A stretch of 64,000 bases of DNA. Source: Malacoraja senta (Eukaryota). The stretch is from positions 19,222,001 to 19,286,000 of the forward strand of contig CM075989.1 of the NCBI GenBank assembly GCA_038087875.1. Reading direction: 5' to 3'. Below, in pieces: positions 52,870-63,900 of the stretch (position 1 is its first letter; the number at the start of each line of letters is the position of its first letter). Made by a program: the position numbers and the translations under genes. Below the pieces are notes generated by a model. The model did no database searches. It saw nothing but the letters and a program-made list of their open reading frames with translations, and was not told the DNA's origin.

Positions 52870-53540
52870 TATGAAAGTAAGCATGCAGGTACAGCAGGCA
52901 GTGAAGAAAGCGAATGGCATGTTGGCCTTTATAACAAGAGGAATCAAATATAGGAGCAAAGAGGTCCTTCTGCAGTTGTACAGAGCCCTAGTGAGACCAC
53001 ACCTGGAGTATTGTGTGCAGCTTTGGTCCCCTAATTTGAGGAAGGACATTCTTGCTATTGAGGGAGTGCAGAGTAGGTTTACAAGGTTAATTCCCAGGAT
53101 GGTGGGACTGGCATATGCTGAGAGAATGGAGCAGCTGGGCTTGTACACCCTGGAGTTTAGAAGGATGAGAGGGAATCTCATTGAAACATATAAGATTGTT
53201 AAGGGCTATGACACACTAGAGGCAGGAAACATGTTCCAGATGTTGGGGGAGTCCAGAACCAGGGGCCACAGTTTGAGAATAAGTAGTAAGCCATTTAGAA
53301 CGGAGACCAGGAAACACTTTTTTTTTCCACAGAGTGGCGAGTCTGTGGAATTCTCTGCCCCAGAGGACGGTGGAGGCAGGTTCTCTGGATGCTTTCAAGA
53401 GAGAGGCTCTTAAAAATAGCGGAGTCAGGGGAAATGGGGAGAAGGCAGGAACGGGGTACTGATTGGGGATGATCAGCCATGATCACATTGAATGGCGGTG
53501 CTGGCTCCAAATGGCCTACTCCTACACCTGTTGTCTATTG
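52870..53540 (+). mobile_element. CR1-type LINE 3' fragment, second subfamily
   Basis: QQAVKKANGMLAFI...LVRPHLEYC...; frameshift near the end. Confidence 0.88.
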
Positions 53541-54163
53541 ATTCACAAATTAACTTTTTGGGGATCCTGCACCGGCGCTCCCAAGTCCCTTTTACACCCT
53601 CCCTCCCGTCAAACGAGGGCTCAATGTATTGTTGAACTGTCCATTCAGAGGGAAACAGCCGCTCGCTCTCACTGCTGCAGCATCCTGTTCCAGCAGCCAG
53701 CTAACGTCATGCCTCTGACTCTCTGCCAATGCACCCGAACACGCGTGAAAAGCCACCACTCTCCCCGACAGACAGTCACACCGACCACAGGGAAAGCCAT
53801 GGATTAAAAAGTTGCTTTAACAACACCGAACCTTCAAACATAAAGACAACTTCACAGCCGCGTTGCATATGTCAGGTGAAATCGAGCACCTGACCCACTT
53901 CCCAGCAACAAGTTCAACTCACTTGGAAACTACATGGGGCAGTGTGGTTGGAAACGTTCCTTGCATTGCCACTTTAATGCAGGATTCAACTGTAAAGGTT
54001 TCTGTTCAATTGCTGTTTTATTGTCACCTACACCTGCTTGCAGTGAAATGCTTTGCGTTCCACACAAGCCAGTCAAATCATAAACACAATCATGCATAGG
54101 GGAATCAAAAACTTGTTTAGCTTTGGTGCGGGAGCGCAGAGGAAGTGCAGAGAATGGAGTTAC

Positions 54164-54190
54164 CTTGGTGTACAGTTCAGCCACTGCCAT
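54164..54190 (-). CDS. MYO5C: Myosin Vc exon 1 (MAVAELYTK)
   Basis: Kozak gtgaccATGG, 27 nt, donor AAG|gtaact; matches the MYO5C N-terminus MAVAELYT. Confidence 0.9.
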
Positions 54191-54450
54191 GGTCACAGGG
54201 AAGGTTGTTCCAACAAGCGCCGGGGAGACTGGTTCATGGTCCGGGCTGGACGCTCAAATCCACCTGCCCCGCCTTCCCAGTCCCCTCTCTCTCTCTCTCT
54301 GTCCCTGCCTGTTTTAGACACACAAACACACGGAAAGCAATCCGGCTCAGCTTCCCCAAGTCTGAATCTCTCTCTTGCAGACACGACCTCGTGACCGAGG
54401 GAGTGCCTGTAACTAACTCCTGTAAGTGGCAGGTAGGTCGGAACAAGGCA
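54191..54450 (-). promoter_or_regulatory. Putative MYO5C 5'UTR and proximal promoter
   Basis: Repeat-free, locally GC-richer stretch just upstream of the ATG; GC-box-like ccccgcct (54267-54274), E-box cacctg (54261-54266). TSS cannot be determined from sequence. Confidence 0.45.
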
Positions 54451-54889
54451 GTGAGGGAAAAAAAACACTCGCATTTAACCCTTCAAACTTCTGATAAGGA
54501 CACGGTGTGCAAGTGAGGCGTGAGATAAGGCAATTTAGCATTTAAAATATAACATATCACTCCAGATTAAATACACCACAGTCACACTTGCGTAACTTTG
54601 CAAGATCCATGCAAGTCCCACTAAATTGGCTGTAATGCTTTAAGTAACATTACAAAGTAACATTAGTAAGTCCCCAAAAGTTTATCGAATTTGTGTGTAA
54701 AAAGCTTAGCAGAGAGTATTTTAGCAGTAACTTGCTTTGTCTTCGTGCCGTTTAAATAGTCGTATTAAATCAATTTTAATAACATGTCATTCCATCTTCT
54801 TAAAAAGTCCACGACGCCTGTGCCTTGTATCCCGTTTACAAAGACCTCAAATCGGATAACAGTATTAACTTTCACAGCCCGCGAGTAGA

Positions 54890-55100
54890 CCAGACACAGA
54901 AATACTGGAGTAACTCAGTGGGACAGGCAGCTTCTCTGGAGAGAAGGAATGGGTGACGTTTCGGGTCGAGACCCTTCTTCAGACCGTCTGAAACATCACC
55001 CATTCCTTCTCTCCAGAGATGCTGCCTGTCCCGCTGAGTTACTCCAGCATTTTCGAAATCTACCTTCGATTTAAACCAGCATCTGCAGTTCTTTCCGACA
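54890..55100. repeat. Fold-back Penelope-terminal-repeat element upstream of MYO5C
   Basis: Inverted arms ctggagtaactcag...gggtgacgtttc / gaaacatcaccc...ctgagttactccag. Confidence 0.8.
54952..54985 (-). ncRNA. Hammerhead motif (intact core) between MYO5A and MYO5C
   Basis: ggt-CTGAAGA-A-GGGTC tc GACCC-GAAA-cg-TC-acc. Confidence 0.6.
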
Positions 55101-55424
55101 CATTGAAAATAATGTCCTTCAAAAGAAAACACGATCTCTTTCTTTTAAGAAAGGCAACGTTTTTTTCTCTCATAAACATAATTTGTAAGATGTTACAGCA
55201 ACATAACTTAGTGATCTTGCATCAACCTATTGCCACTTGGCAGTGTAATAATGAACAGCAAAGACAGACACAAAATGCTGGAGTAACTCAGCGGGTTAGG
55301 CAGCATTTCTGGAGAGAAGGATTAGGTGACCTTTCATCAGACAGAGTCAGGGAGTGGGAAACTAGAGGTATGGGAAGGTACAGAACAAAAGCAGAGCCTG
55401 CATCGATGAGCTACAAAAAGTAAT

Positions 55425-55830
55425 GACCACTGCCCAGGCCATCACCGGCTCTGACCTCCCCACCATCGAAGGGATCTATCGTAGTCGCTGCCTCAAAAGG
55501 GCAGCCAAAATCATCAAGGACCCACACCATCCTCCTGGCCACACACTCATCTCACCACTGCCATCAGGAAGAAGGTACAGGAGCCTGAAAACTGTGATGT
55601 CCAGGTTCAGGAACAGTTTCTTCCCCACAGCCATCAGGCTATTAAACACAACGAATAAGCTCTGAGCTCTGAACTGCAAAACACTATATTATTATTGCAC
55701 TATTTATTGAACTTTTTATTTTTTCCCCCATTATGAACTATGTTTACATATTCACATATTCTGTTGTGCTGCAGCAAGTAAGAATTTCATTGTCCCCGTC
55801 CGGGACATATGACATTAAAACACTCTTGAC
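55425..55830 (+). mobile_element. Rex1/Babar-type LINE 3' fragment
   Basis: TAQAITGSDLPTIEGIYRSRCLK...FFPTAIRLLN. Confidence 0.8.
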
Positions 55831-55834
55831 TCTT

Positions 55835-56340
55835 GGAAAGGTGGAGCCCACAATGGTCCATTGTTGGCTGGGTGGTGGTGCCAACAAAGGAATACAAATG
55901 GTGAAATTAGCAAGAGGACTATGGTGGGGCAGGGACAAAGAGAAAGGGGATGTAAGGGTTACTTGAAGCTGGATATAAAATCAATATTCATGCCACTGGG
56001 GTGTAAATACGAGGTGTTGTTCCTCCAATTTGAATTTGGCCTCACTCTGACAGTGGAGGAGGCCCAGGACAGAAAAGTCAGTGTGGGAGTGGGAAGGGGA
56101 GTTAAAATGTTTGGCAACTGGGAGGCCAAGGCAGACTGAGCGTAGGTGTTCAGTTGCCTAGTCAGAGTTTCATCTTAGTTCCCTTTGATCTCTCGTTTTC
56201 ACACCTTACCCTTTCATATCCCTCATTTTCCTCTCCCCTGACTGTCTGAAGAAGGGTCTTGACCCAAAATGTCACCCACTTCTTCTATCCAGAGATGCTG
56301 CCTGTCCTGGTGAGTTACTCCAGCATTTTGTGTCTTTATT
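55835..56340. mobile_element. Penelope-like fragment (GIY-YIG tail on -) with inverted terminal-repeat piece on +
   Basis: Minus strand reads LPVAKHFNSPSHSHTDFSVLGLLHCQSEAKFKLEEQHLVF; a degenerate hammerhead follows on + at about 56243-56277. Confidence 0.7.
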
Positions 56341-58189
56341 CAACATTGCTAAAGTGCAATATAATTTAAGGATGAGGTGTGCTTGAGTTGGGTATGTCAG
56401 CAAATTGGAGCAATTATCTGATGCCTTGGAGACTCTCTTAATGCGAGAAGTGTGGTGATTGGGTCCAGGACCCAAGCTGTCTGTTGTGGAGTGCATAGGT
56501 CAGGACGTGTTGTTAGTCAGGGGGGCAATTCACTGTCGTTGAAAAATTAAAACACTGCAGATGCTGAAACCCCCCCCACAAAATGGTGGAACATCCAGCA
56601 GATCAAGCAACATCTGTGGAAGGAGAAATAGAGATGATGTTTCAGGTCAGAGCCACTTTTGTTAGAATCGTCCCGTTTGCAATGAAGGGTGCGCAAGGAA
56701 CTGTAGATGCTGGTTTATGCAACAACAACAAAAAGACAAAGTGCTGGAGTAACTCAGCGAGTCAGGCAGCATCTCTGGGGAACAATGATGGTTCATATGT
56801 TGTAGCAGCAGAATTGGTCCATTTGGCCCATCAAGTCTACTCCGCCATTCAAAACATGGTTGATCTATCTTTCCCTCTCAACTCCATTCTCCTGCCTTCA
56901 CCCCACAACTCTTGACACCCGTACATCAAAGGTGACAATAGGTGACAATTTGTGTTAGGATCCTTCTTCACTGTGGTTGGGGTAAAGTTGGAAGGTTGGC
57001 AGATGGTTGGATAAAGGTCTCACACTTTTTGTCTTTTAATCTCTGGCTTTTGTCCAACCATCTACCAATCGAACCCCCCCGCACCTGTATCCACCTATCA
57101 CTCACCAGGCTTCGTCCTGCCCCCATCTCTCTCTTCACCACAATAATCAGTCTGATGAAGGGTCATGAACCGAAACATCACCTATCCATGTTCTCCAGGG
57201 ATGCTGCCTGACCCTCTGAGTTACTCCAGCACTTTGTGTCTTTTTTTGTTTGTTATGAAGGGTACCATGATTCTACAATGGGACATAGGCAGATGTAGAT
57301 GGAGTGAGTGGACAGAATACTTGCAAATGGACTTTAATGTCGGGATGTGTAAGGTCAGAGAAGTCATAAAGGCAGATTATTATGTAGATGGCGAGAGGCT
57401 GCGACTGAATGAAGTGGAGGGATCTATGTGCACTGTCTAGTGCGTGAATTACAAAAACCTAGCGGGCAGGTTCAACGAGCTCAGGAAGCAAACTGCAATT
57501 TGGCCTTCATTGCAAAGGGATTAGAGTTTAAAGATAAAGAGGGGCTTTTTTGTTGTTTTACTGATTAGGAAAGAGGAGGGTACTGTAAAGCCAGATGGAT
57601 GGATGTGGATGGAAAGGGGCGAGGGGAGAAGAGGAGAAAGAGGATGATAAAAGGGAAATAGAGGATTCCCATAGGGGATAAGGGAATTCTTATCTGATAA
57701 CTTTTTGTTTCCTTTTCACCTCTACCCTTTGTCATTCACTCCACATCTGCCACCCCCCTCCCCCTCTCTGTATCCACCTATCACTTGAGGCTTTGCCCCA
57801 CCCCCATCTCTCTTTTCCAACTTTCTCTTCCCCCCCCCCCATCTCCATCAGTCTGAAGAAGGGTTCCCAATCTGAAATATCAGCTGTCCATTCCCTCCAC
57901 AGATTGCTGACTGACCCGCTGAGTTCCTCCACCCGGTTTTGTTGGGTTTTTTTTGCTAATTAATCTTATCGAGTCCATGTCACAAGATTAGAAATTGTTC
58001 AGCCAGAGCTGAACACACTTCTCGGCATCTGCATACAATGGCGTCTATCTTGCGCTTCTTGTGCGTGGAAAGATTGGTGGAAACAGGGCCGCGACGTGAA
58101 CGCTCTTTCCTTGACCCCTCCTAATTAATGACCCACTCATGCATTACACACTAACTTCAGACTCAGTATCGACTTTAAATGTTCTGGTT

Positions 58190-58490
58190 AGGAAGCGGCC
58201 GTTCCAGACACCCCAAGCCGCTGAGAGGGTTCTCCCGACTCCGGAGCACCATCACCGGCGAGAGGGCCTGAAACATCGGGCCTCCGTAGCGGCGACTGTG
58301 GAGGCCTCAATAGGCCGACTATGGTGAACATGGGGATGGGACTGGACTTTGTGCCTTCCCCTACAGTGGGAACCATTGTGGGGGGATGTTTTTATGTTTA
58401 ATGTTAAACTTCTTCTTTAATGCTATGTTGTATTTTTATTAGTGTGCTGCAAGGACATCTGAATTTCCCCTGAAAAGGGGATTAATAAAG

Positions 58491-58522
<32 letters not shown>
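58190..58522 (+). mobile_element. Unclassified non-autonomous retroelement with (ATT)n tail
   Basis: CpG-rich body, then gaatttcccc...gggattaataaagta followed by an (att)n tail. Confidence 0.45.
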
Positions 58523-58660
58523 TTAAATGCCACCTGAAATGACAATTCATTAGTATTGCAGCCAAGTAGTATTTTTCTGCAATGCTTGCATTCATAAATA
58601 AATTTACAAATTCGACAGATTTAAACCATAAAAAAGAAGCCAGTTCATAGTGTTGAAATT

Positions 58661-58666
58661 TTTATT
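58661..58666 (-). terminator. Candidate distal polyadenylation signal AATAAA of MYO5A
   Basis: tttatt on +; U-rich sequence (ggcttcttttttatggttt) downstream on -. Confidence 0.55.
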
Positions 58667-59480
58667 TTACAAGTTGGACATTAATTTCCTAAGTCAATAT
58701 ACATTTGCCATAATGCACACAATGACTAATTGCTACAAACGGGAAAGACTAGTGTTTCTGAATTTTTCTGTACATCAATATCATACTCAGTGTTTACTAC
58801 CTGGTTAAACACAATAGGTTTTCAGGTCAATGTCCCTCAACAACATACTATAGCAACACACGTTTTCTTCCATGACCACTGCCGATAATTTAAATATCTC
58901 TAGCTTCTTAACACTAACCGCGAGTAATGTACGTACGTTTTATGATACAAAGAAGTAAAAAGCCATATAAAGCAGAAAACTTGAGACGATATAATATGTG
59001 GGGCAAAACTATAAAGTGCATAAATGATATTTCAAAGGAATATGACCTTCATATTTTGTTCAGCAATTTAGTTACTCATCGTATTCTAAATCAATTCTAA
59101 AGTTTCACTTTCTAAACCCAGAATTTGTCAAAATGGCTTAAAATGAAAGTACTGGTTTTGGGAGGAGACAGTGTTGAGGAGCGGCAACCAGTAACTTGGA
59201 CTTTACCAATTTCCCAGACAATGTTTTTTTTTAAACTTAAATCCGTTCTGTCTACGCAGTTTCTGCTCTCTTGACAAAAAGCCACTTTTTTTTTTTTTTA
59301 AAGATTGCCCAAAGCTTATTATGCTTTTGAAATATGTTATTTTCGGTGAATTGAGCAAACATCTGTAAGGCTCTGGGAACTTTGTCCGTTAAGACGTAAA
59401 GACTGAAATGTGTATAACTGCAAAATCCACTACATGTCATGAGCAAATCAAATATTCAGTATAGTTTCAGTCAATGTTTC

Positions 59481-59578
59481 AATCTGAAGAAGGGTCTCGA
59501 CCCGAAATGTCACCCATTCTTTCTCTCCAGAGACGCTGCCTGTCCCGCTGAGTTACTTCAGCGTTTGGTGTCTATCTT
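59481..59578 (+). mobile_element. Penelope terminal-repeat fragment with hammerhead core inside the MYO5A 3'UTR (antisense to the mRNA)
   Basis: aatCTGAAGAagggtctcgacccGAAAtgTCacccattc...gctgagttacttcagc. Confidence 0.7.
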
Positions 59579-60779
59579 TAATATATAGTCTGATTTGTTT
59601 TCAATAATCTTTGTGGATGAAATAAAGGACTCTGTAGATGTATACAGGGTATTATATTAACTTCTACCCTGTGAGACTTTGAAATACCATACACCTTTCA
59701 GTTATATATTACCAGGACTATAAATAGGCACATATAATACACCATAGAGACTTGTAAACCATTGTCCTGAAACCAGATTTCTGAAATTGGCTGGTTGGTT
59801 CATGAATTAAATAACTTAAAATATGTAAACAATGAAGGGTAGAACAAGTGTATACATTTTGGCCACCATGAAGTGACATTTTAAATCAAATTTATAATTC
59901 AGAGTACCTATTGTCCTTTAAAGTAAGACCTCCCAGAATTGATTCTATAGAACAACATCCGAAGCCATTGGGACAGTGGAATGAAAGCTGTCTAGTGAGA
60001 TTGATGCCTGCATCTTAACTACTGCAACCTGCATGTAACTTGACTCGAACGTCACTAAATACTGAAAAATGCTGAAAATACTGGAGAAAAAAAAAATACT
60101 TCTACTCAGCTTGTTTACAATTGTCATCTTTAACCCTAATATACACAGTAACAAACAAATTAAAGAGCAAGTCCTGTATTGTGAAGTCTCCACAGATTCC
60201 AACAGGAGAGTATTTAAAAGGCCAAACGATATTGTGCCAAATACTGCAAAAAAAAAAAAAGTTTTTTTTCAACTGGCTATATTTTTAATCTGTTGCCAAA
60301 TATCCATCTGAGAATTTGATTACTTTTCAGCGCTTTTGTGCTTTGCCAGAATTGGACCTTAAAATGTTAACTACATGTGAATCAGTTTAAAACGGGCTTG
60401 ATAAATGCATAATGGAGACGTGTTATATTTTTAGTGACATCTTGACGTTACACTGTCTGCTGTCAAATGTGTGCAGCTCAACATATTAAAGGGACACTGG
60501 ACAGATTACCATCATAATTGGCTATGTAAACACCAACAATGTAATCTCTAGATTATATTCTAACAGAGCTTTGTATTCTACATCATTTGTATATAGACCT
60601 TACATAAGAGTTATTCGACAAAATGATGCTATATCAGGCAGTTGTATTCCCCTTAGGTAGATATCTAACGGGTATGGTGTGACCTAATTTACAGTTGTAA
60701 ATTTGAAGTATATTCACTGAAACTGCACAAGAGCAGTCATCACTGGATATTTACTGGAGTTGCATGAAAGTGTTTGGCA

Positions 60780-60785
60780 TTTATT
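60780..60785 (-). terminator. Candidate proximal polyadenylation signal AATAAA of MYO5A
   Basis: tttatt on +, about 95 nt after the stop codon. Confidence 0.35.
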
Positions 60786-60878
60786 TTCAATGTACATTCC
60801 TTGTTAACAGATGCTTCGCCACTGCTCTAGCTGTGTGTAACGGATGGATGTGATCGCTAGTTTTCCAGAACCTTCTCC

Positions 60879-61031
60879 TCACACACGTAACAGGAAACCA
60901 AGGTTCATGCTGCCTGGAATCTGAATGCTTTCAAGCGCTAAAGAAGATGGATTGAACGGGAACGTGACGGGGAATATGTGTTTCGCATCCATTAGCAACT
61001 GCGGAGAGTCTTTTCGATTTTGTAAACGCAC
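60879..61031 (-). CDS. MYO5A: Myosin Va last coding exon ([50 protein letters not shown])
   Basis: Polypyrimidine ctctctccag acceptor, 50 codons plus TGA; near-identical to the MYO5A C-terminus [29 protein letters not shown]; missed by the ORF track. Confidence 0.93.
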   Translation of the reverse strand: MRLQNRKDSPQLLMDAKHIFPVTFPFNPSSLALESIQIPGSMNLGFLLRV

Positions 61032-61544
61032 CTGGAGAGAGAGAGGGGATAAAAAAAAATTAATGGATTAGTATTGTCGGAGTCTTAACGCAATCGGAGT
61101 TTACAAATACTCCCCATAGGTTTCAGATCTCTGTACGTTTAAAAAAAAAAAAAAAAAAAAAATTCAGACATTGAAAGGAAGGTAAATAGAGTTGCTGTCT
61201 TACAGAGCCAGAGACCCGGGTTTGATCCTGACTATGGGTGCTGTCTTGTACGGAGCTTGTACAGTGTCCCTGTGACCGCGTGGGTTTTCTCCGGGTGCTC
61301 CGGTTTCCTCCCACATTCCAAAGACGTTCAGGTTTATAGGTTAATTGGCTTCTGTAAATTGCCCTTAGTGTGTAGGGTGGAATAGTAGGCATTGACTTGG
61401 CATTGACTCGGTGAGGGGGGGGGGTGTTTCCAAGCTGTACCTCTAAAAACTAAACTAATCTATAAATTCTGATGATTGTGAAAAACATACCAAAATACAT
61501 ACTTTTTAATTTCTAGTCAGAAGGGAACATGCAATATTACAAGG

Positions 61545-61646
61545 CTAACAGCATCATCAAGGACCCACACCATCCTGGCCACTCACTCATCTCCCGGCTG
61601 CCTTCAGGTAGAAGGTACAGGAGCCTGAAATCTGCAACATCCAGGT
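61545..61646 (+). mobile_element. Rex1/Babar-type fragment truncated by the gap
   Basis: SIIKDPHHPGHSLISRLPSGRRYRSLKSATSR|NNN. Confidence 0.8.
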
Positions 61647-61846
61647 NNNNNNNNNNNNNNNNNNNNNNNNNNNNNNNNNNNNNNNNNNNNNNNNNNNNNN
61701 NNNNNNNNNNNNNNNNNNNNNNNNNNNNNNNNNNNNNNNNNNNNNNNNNNNNNNNNNNNNNNNNNNNNNNNNNNNNNNNNNNNNNNNNNNNNNNNNNNNN
61801 NNNNNNNNNNNNNNNNNNNNNNNNNNNNNNNNNNNNNNNNNNNNNN
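61647..61846. other. Assembly gap (200 N)
   Basis: Run of exactly 200 N, a typical fixed-length scaffolding gap. Confidence 0.99.
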
Positions 61847-62022
61847 CACTGGAAAAGAAGACACAAGGCACTGGAATAACTCAGCGGGTCAGACACCAGC
61901 CCTGGAGAACATGGATAGGTGAGGTTTTGGGTCAGGACTGATTGTGGTGAGGGGGGGGGGGGGATTTGGGGGATAAGAAAGCTGGGAGTGAGGTGGGAGC
62001 AGGACAAAGTCGGGAGAGTGAT

Positions 62023-62173
62023 AAAAAATGCTGGAGAAGCTCAGCGGGTGAGGCAGCATCTATGGAGAGAAGGAATAGGCGACGTTTCGGGTCGAGAGTC
62101 TCGACCCGAAACGCCGCCTATTCCTTCTCTCCATAGATGCTGCCTCACCCGCTGAGTTTCTCTAGCATTTTTT
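62023..62173. repeat. Near-perfect 75-bp-arm palindrome of Penelope terminal repeat
   Basis: Arms 62023-62097 and 62099-62173, centred on hammerhead stem II (gggtcgaga-g-tctcgaccc). Confidence 0.85.
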
Positions 62174-62547
62174 GTCTACCTTCGATTTTACCAGCATCTG
62201 CAGTTCTTTCTTAAACTGAAGAGTGATAGGTGGATACAGGCGGGGGGAGTTTGATAGGCAGATGGTTGGACAAAAGCCAGAGATGAAAAGACACAAAGTG
62301 TGAGTAAGGATAGGAGGGGTGGAAATTGTGAAGCCAGAGGAAGGAATTAAGCTGGAAGCAGAAAAAAAATTGCTGGAGGAACTTGGTGGGTCAGACAGCA
62401 TCTGCGCTGTGTCTCAAACTAAACTAAACCAAAGCCTCCTATCCTTCCTGTGATGGTGCGACAAGAACTCCACAAACACTCCAAATAGGCTTGTTGGATT
62501 TTTGTACCACCGTTCTGAAATTAATACGTACTCCCTTCAAACCGCAG

Positions 62548-62702
62548 AACTGAAGCCTCGTGGCGTTGCTGTCAACTTGATCCCTGGACTGCCGGCTTAC
62601 ATCTTGTTTATGTGCGTACGCCACGCTGACTACATCAACGACGACCAAAGAGTGCGGTCGTTGCTGACGTCAACCATCAATGGCATCAAGAAGATCCTCA
62701 AG
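62548..62702 (+). CDS. MYO5A: Myosin Va internal globular-tail exon ((E)[51 protein letters not shown]), inverted relative to the last exon
   Basis: 155 nt, cgcag|...|gtatga; matches MYO5A ([23 protein letters not shown]) better than Vb or Vc. Confidence 0.88.
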
Positions 62703-62714
62703 GTATGACGGCTC

Positions 62715-63280
62715 TATAGACAACAGGTGCAGGAGGAGGCCATTCGGCCCTGCGAGCCAGCACCGCCATTCAATGTGATCATGGCTGATCATCCCCAATC
62801 AGTACCCCGTTCCTGCCTTCTCCCCTGACTCTGCTATCTTTAAGAGCCCTATCTAGCTCTCTATTGAAAGCATCCAGAGAACCGTCCTCCACCGCCCTCT
62901 GAGGCAGAGAATTCCACAGACTCGCCACTCTCTGTGAGAAAAAGTGTTTCCTCGTCTCCGTTCTAAATGGCTTACTCCTTATTCTTAAACTGTGGCCCCT
63001 GGTTCTGGACTCCCCCAACATCGGGAACATGTTTCCTGCCTCTAGTGTGTCCAAGCCCTTAACAATCTTATATGTTTCAATGAGATTGCCTCTCATCCTT
63101 CTAAACTCCAGAGTGTACAAGCCCAGCCGCTCCATTCTCTCAGCATATGACAGTCCCGCCATCCCGGGAATTAACCTTGTAAATCTACGCTGCACTCCCT
63201 CAATAGCAAGAATGTCCTTCCTCAAATTAGGGGACCAAAACTGCACACAATACTCCAGGTGTGGTCTCCCTAGGGCCCCT
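62715..63280 (-). mobile_element. CR1-type LINE 3' fragment
   Basis: QFWSPNLRKDILAIEGVQRRFTRLIPG... Confidence 0.88.
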
Positions 63281-63397
63281 TACAAGAACATTTACACATT
63301 GACCTAAATTGGGTCAATGATCTACTTAACCTATTCGTAAACCTTTCGGAATCAGAGAGGGTGACTTCTTGCCAGGGTGGGATTGATTTTTTTTTAA

Positions 63398-63900
63398 GGG
63401 CGGCTCAATGGCGCAGCGAAAGAGTTGCTGCCCCACAGTACCAGAGATCCGGGTTCGATCTTGACGATGGGTGTTAGTCTGCACGGAGTTTGTACGTTCT
63501 CCCCGTGACCGTGTGGGTTTTCCCCGGGTGCTCCGGTTTCTACCCACATTCCGACGACATGCAGCTTTGTAGGTGAATTGGCTTGTGTAAATTGTCCCCA
63601 GTGTGTAGGATAGGACCAGTATATGGGGACCGCTGGTGGGCGTGGATTCGCTGGGCCAAAGGGCCTGTTTCCACGCTGTATCTCTAAAACTAAAAACGAA
63701 AACTCTGAGAGATACAACATGGAAGAAGCCCTTCGGCCCATCGATTCCACGCCAGCCATCAATCACCTGTTCACACTAGTTCTATGCTGTTCCACTTTCT
63801 CATCCACTCCCTACACACAAGGGGAGATTTTCAGAGGCCAATTAACCTACAAACCTGCATATCTTTTGATGTGGGGTGGGGGGGGGGGGGGAACTGGAGC
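63398..63900. mobile_element. Two V-SINEs tail-to-tail (+ then -)
   Basis: Plus copy 63398-63690; minus copy from about 63705. Confidence 0.75.

Larger units (their letters stand above)
58640..60878 (-). other. MYO5A: MYO5A 3'UTR (about 2.2 kb, approximate end)
   Basis: AT-rich, nearly repeat-free sequence after the stop, ending near an AATAAA at 58661-58666 followed by a U-rich tract. Confidence 0.6.

Noticed and set aside
53930..54516. Overlapping ORFs around MYO5C exon 1 as separate genes
   Set aside because: Only the 27-nt MAVAELYTK segment has homology and a splice donor; the rest are chance frames in promoter and intron DNA.
62548..62702. Exon belonging to MYO5B, MYO5C or a processed pseudogene
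   Set aside because: Residues [12 protein letters not shown] and VRHADY fit Va; it has intact intron boundaries on both sides and no disablements.
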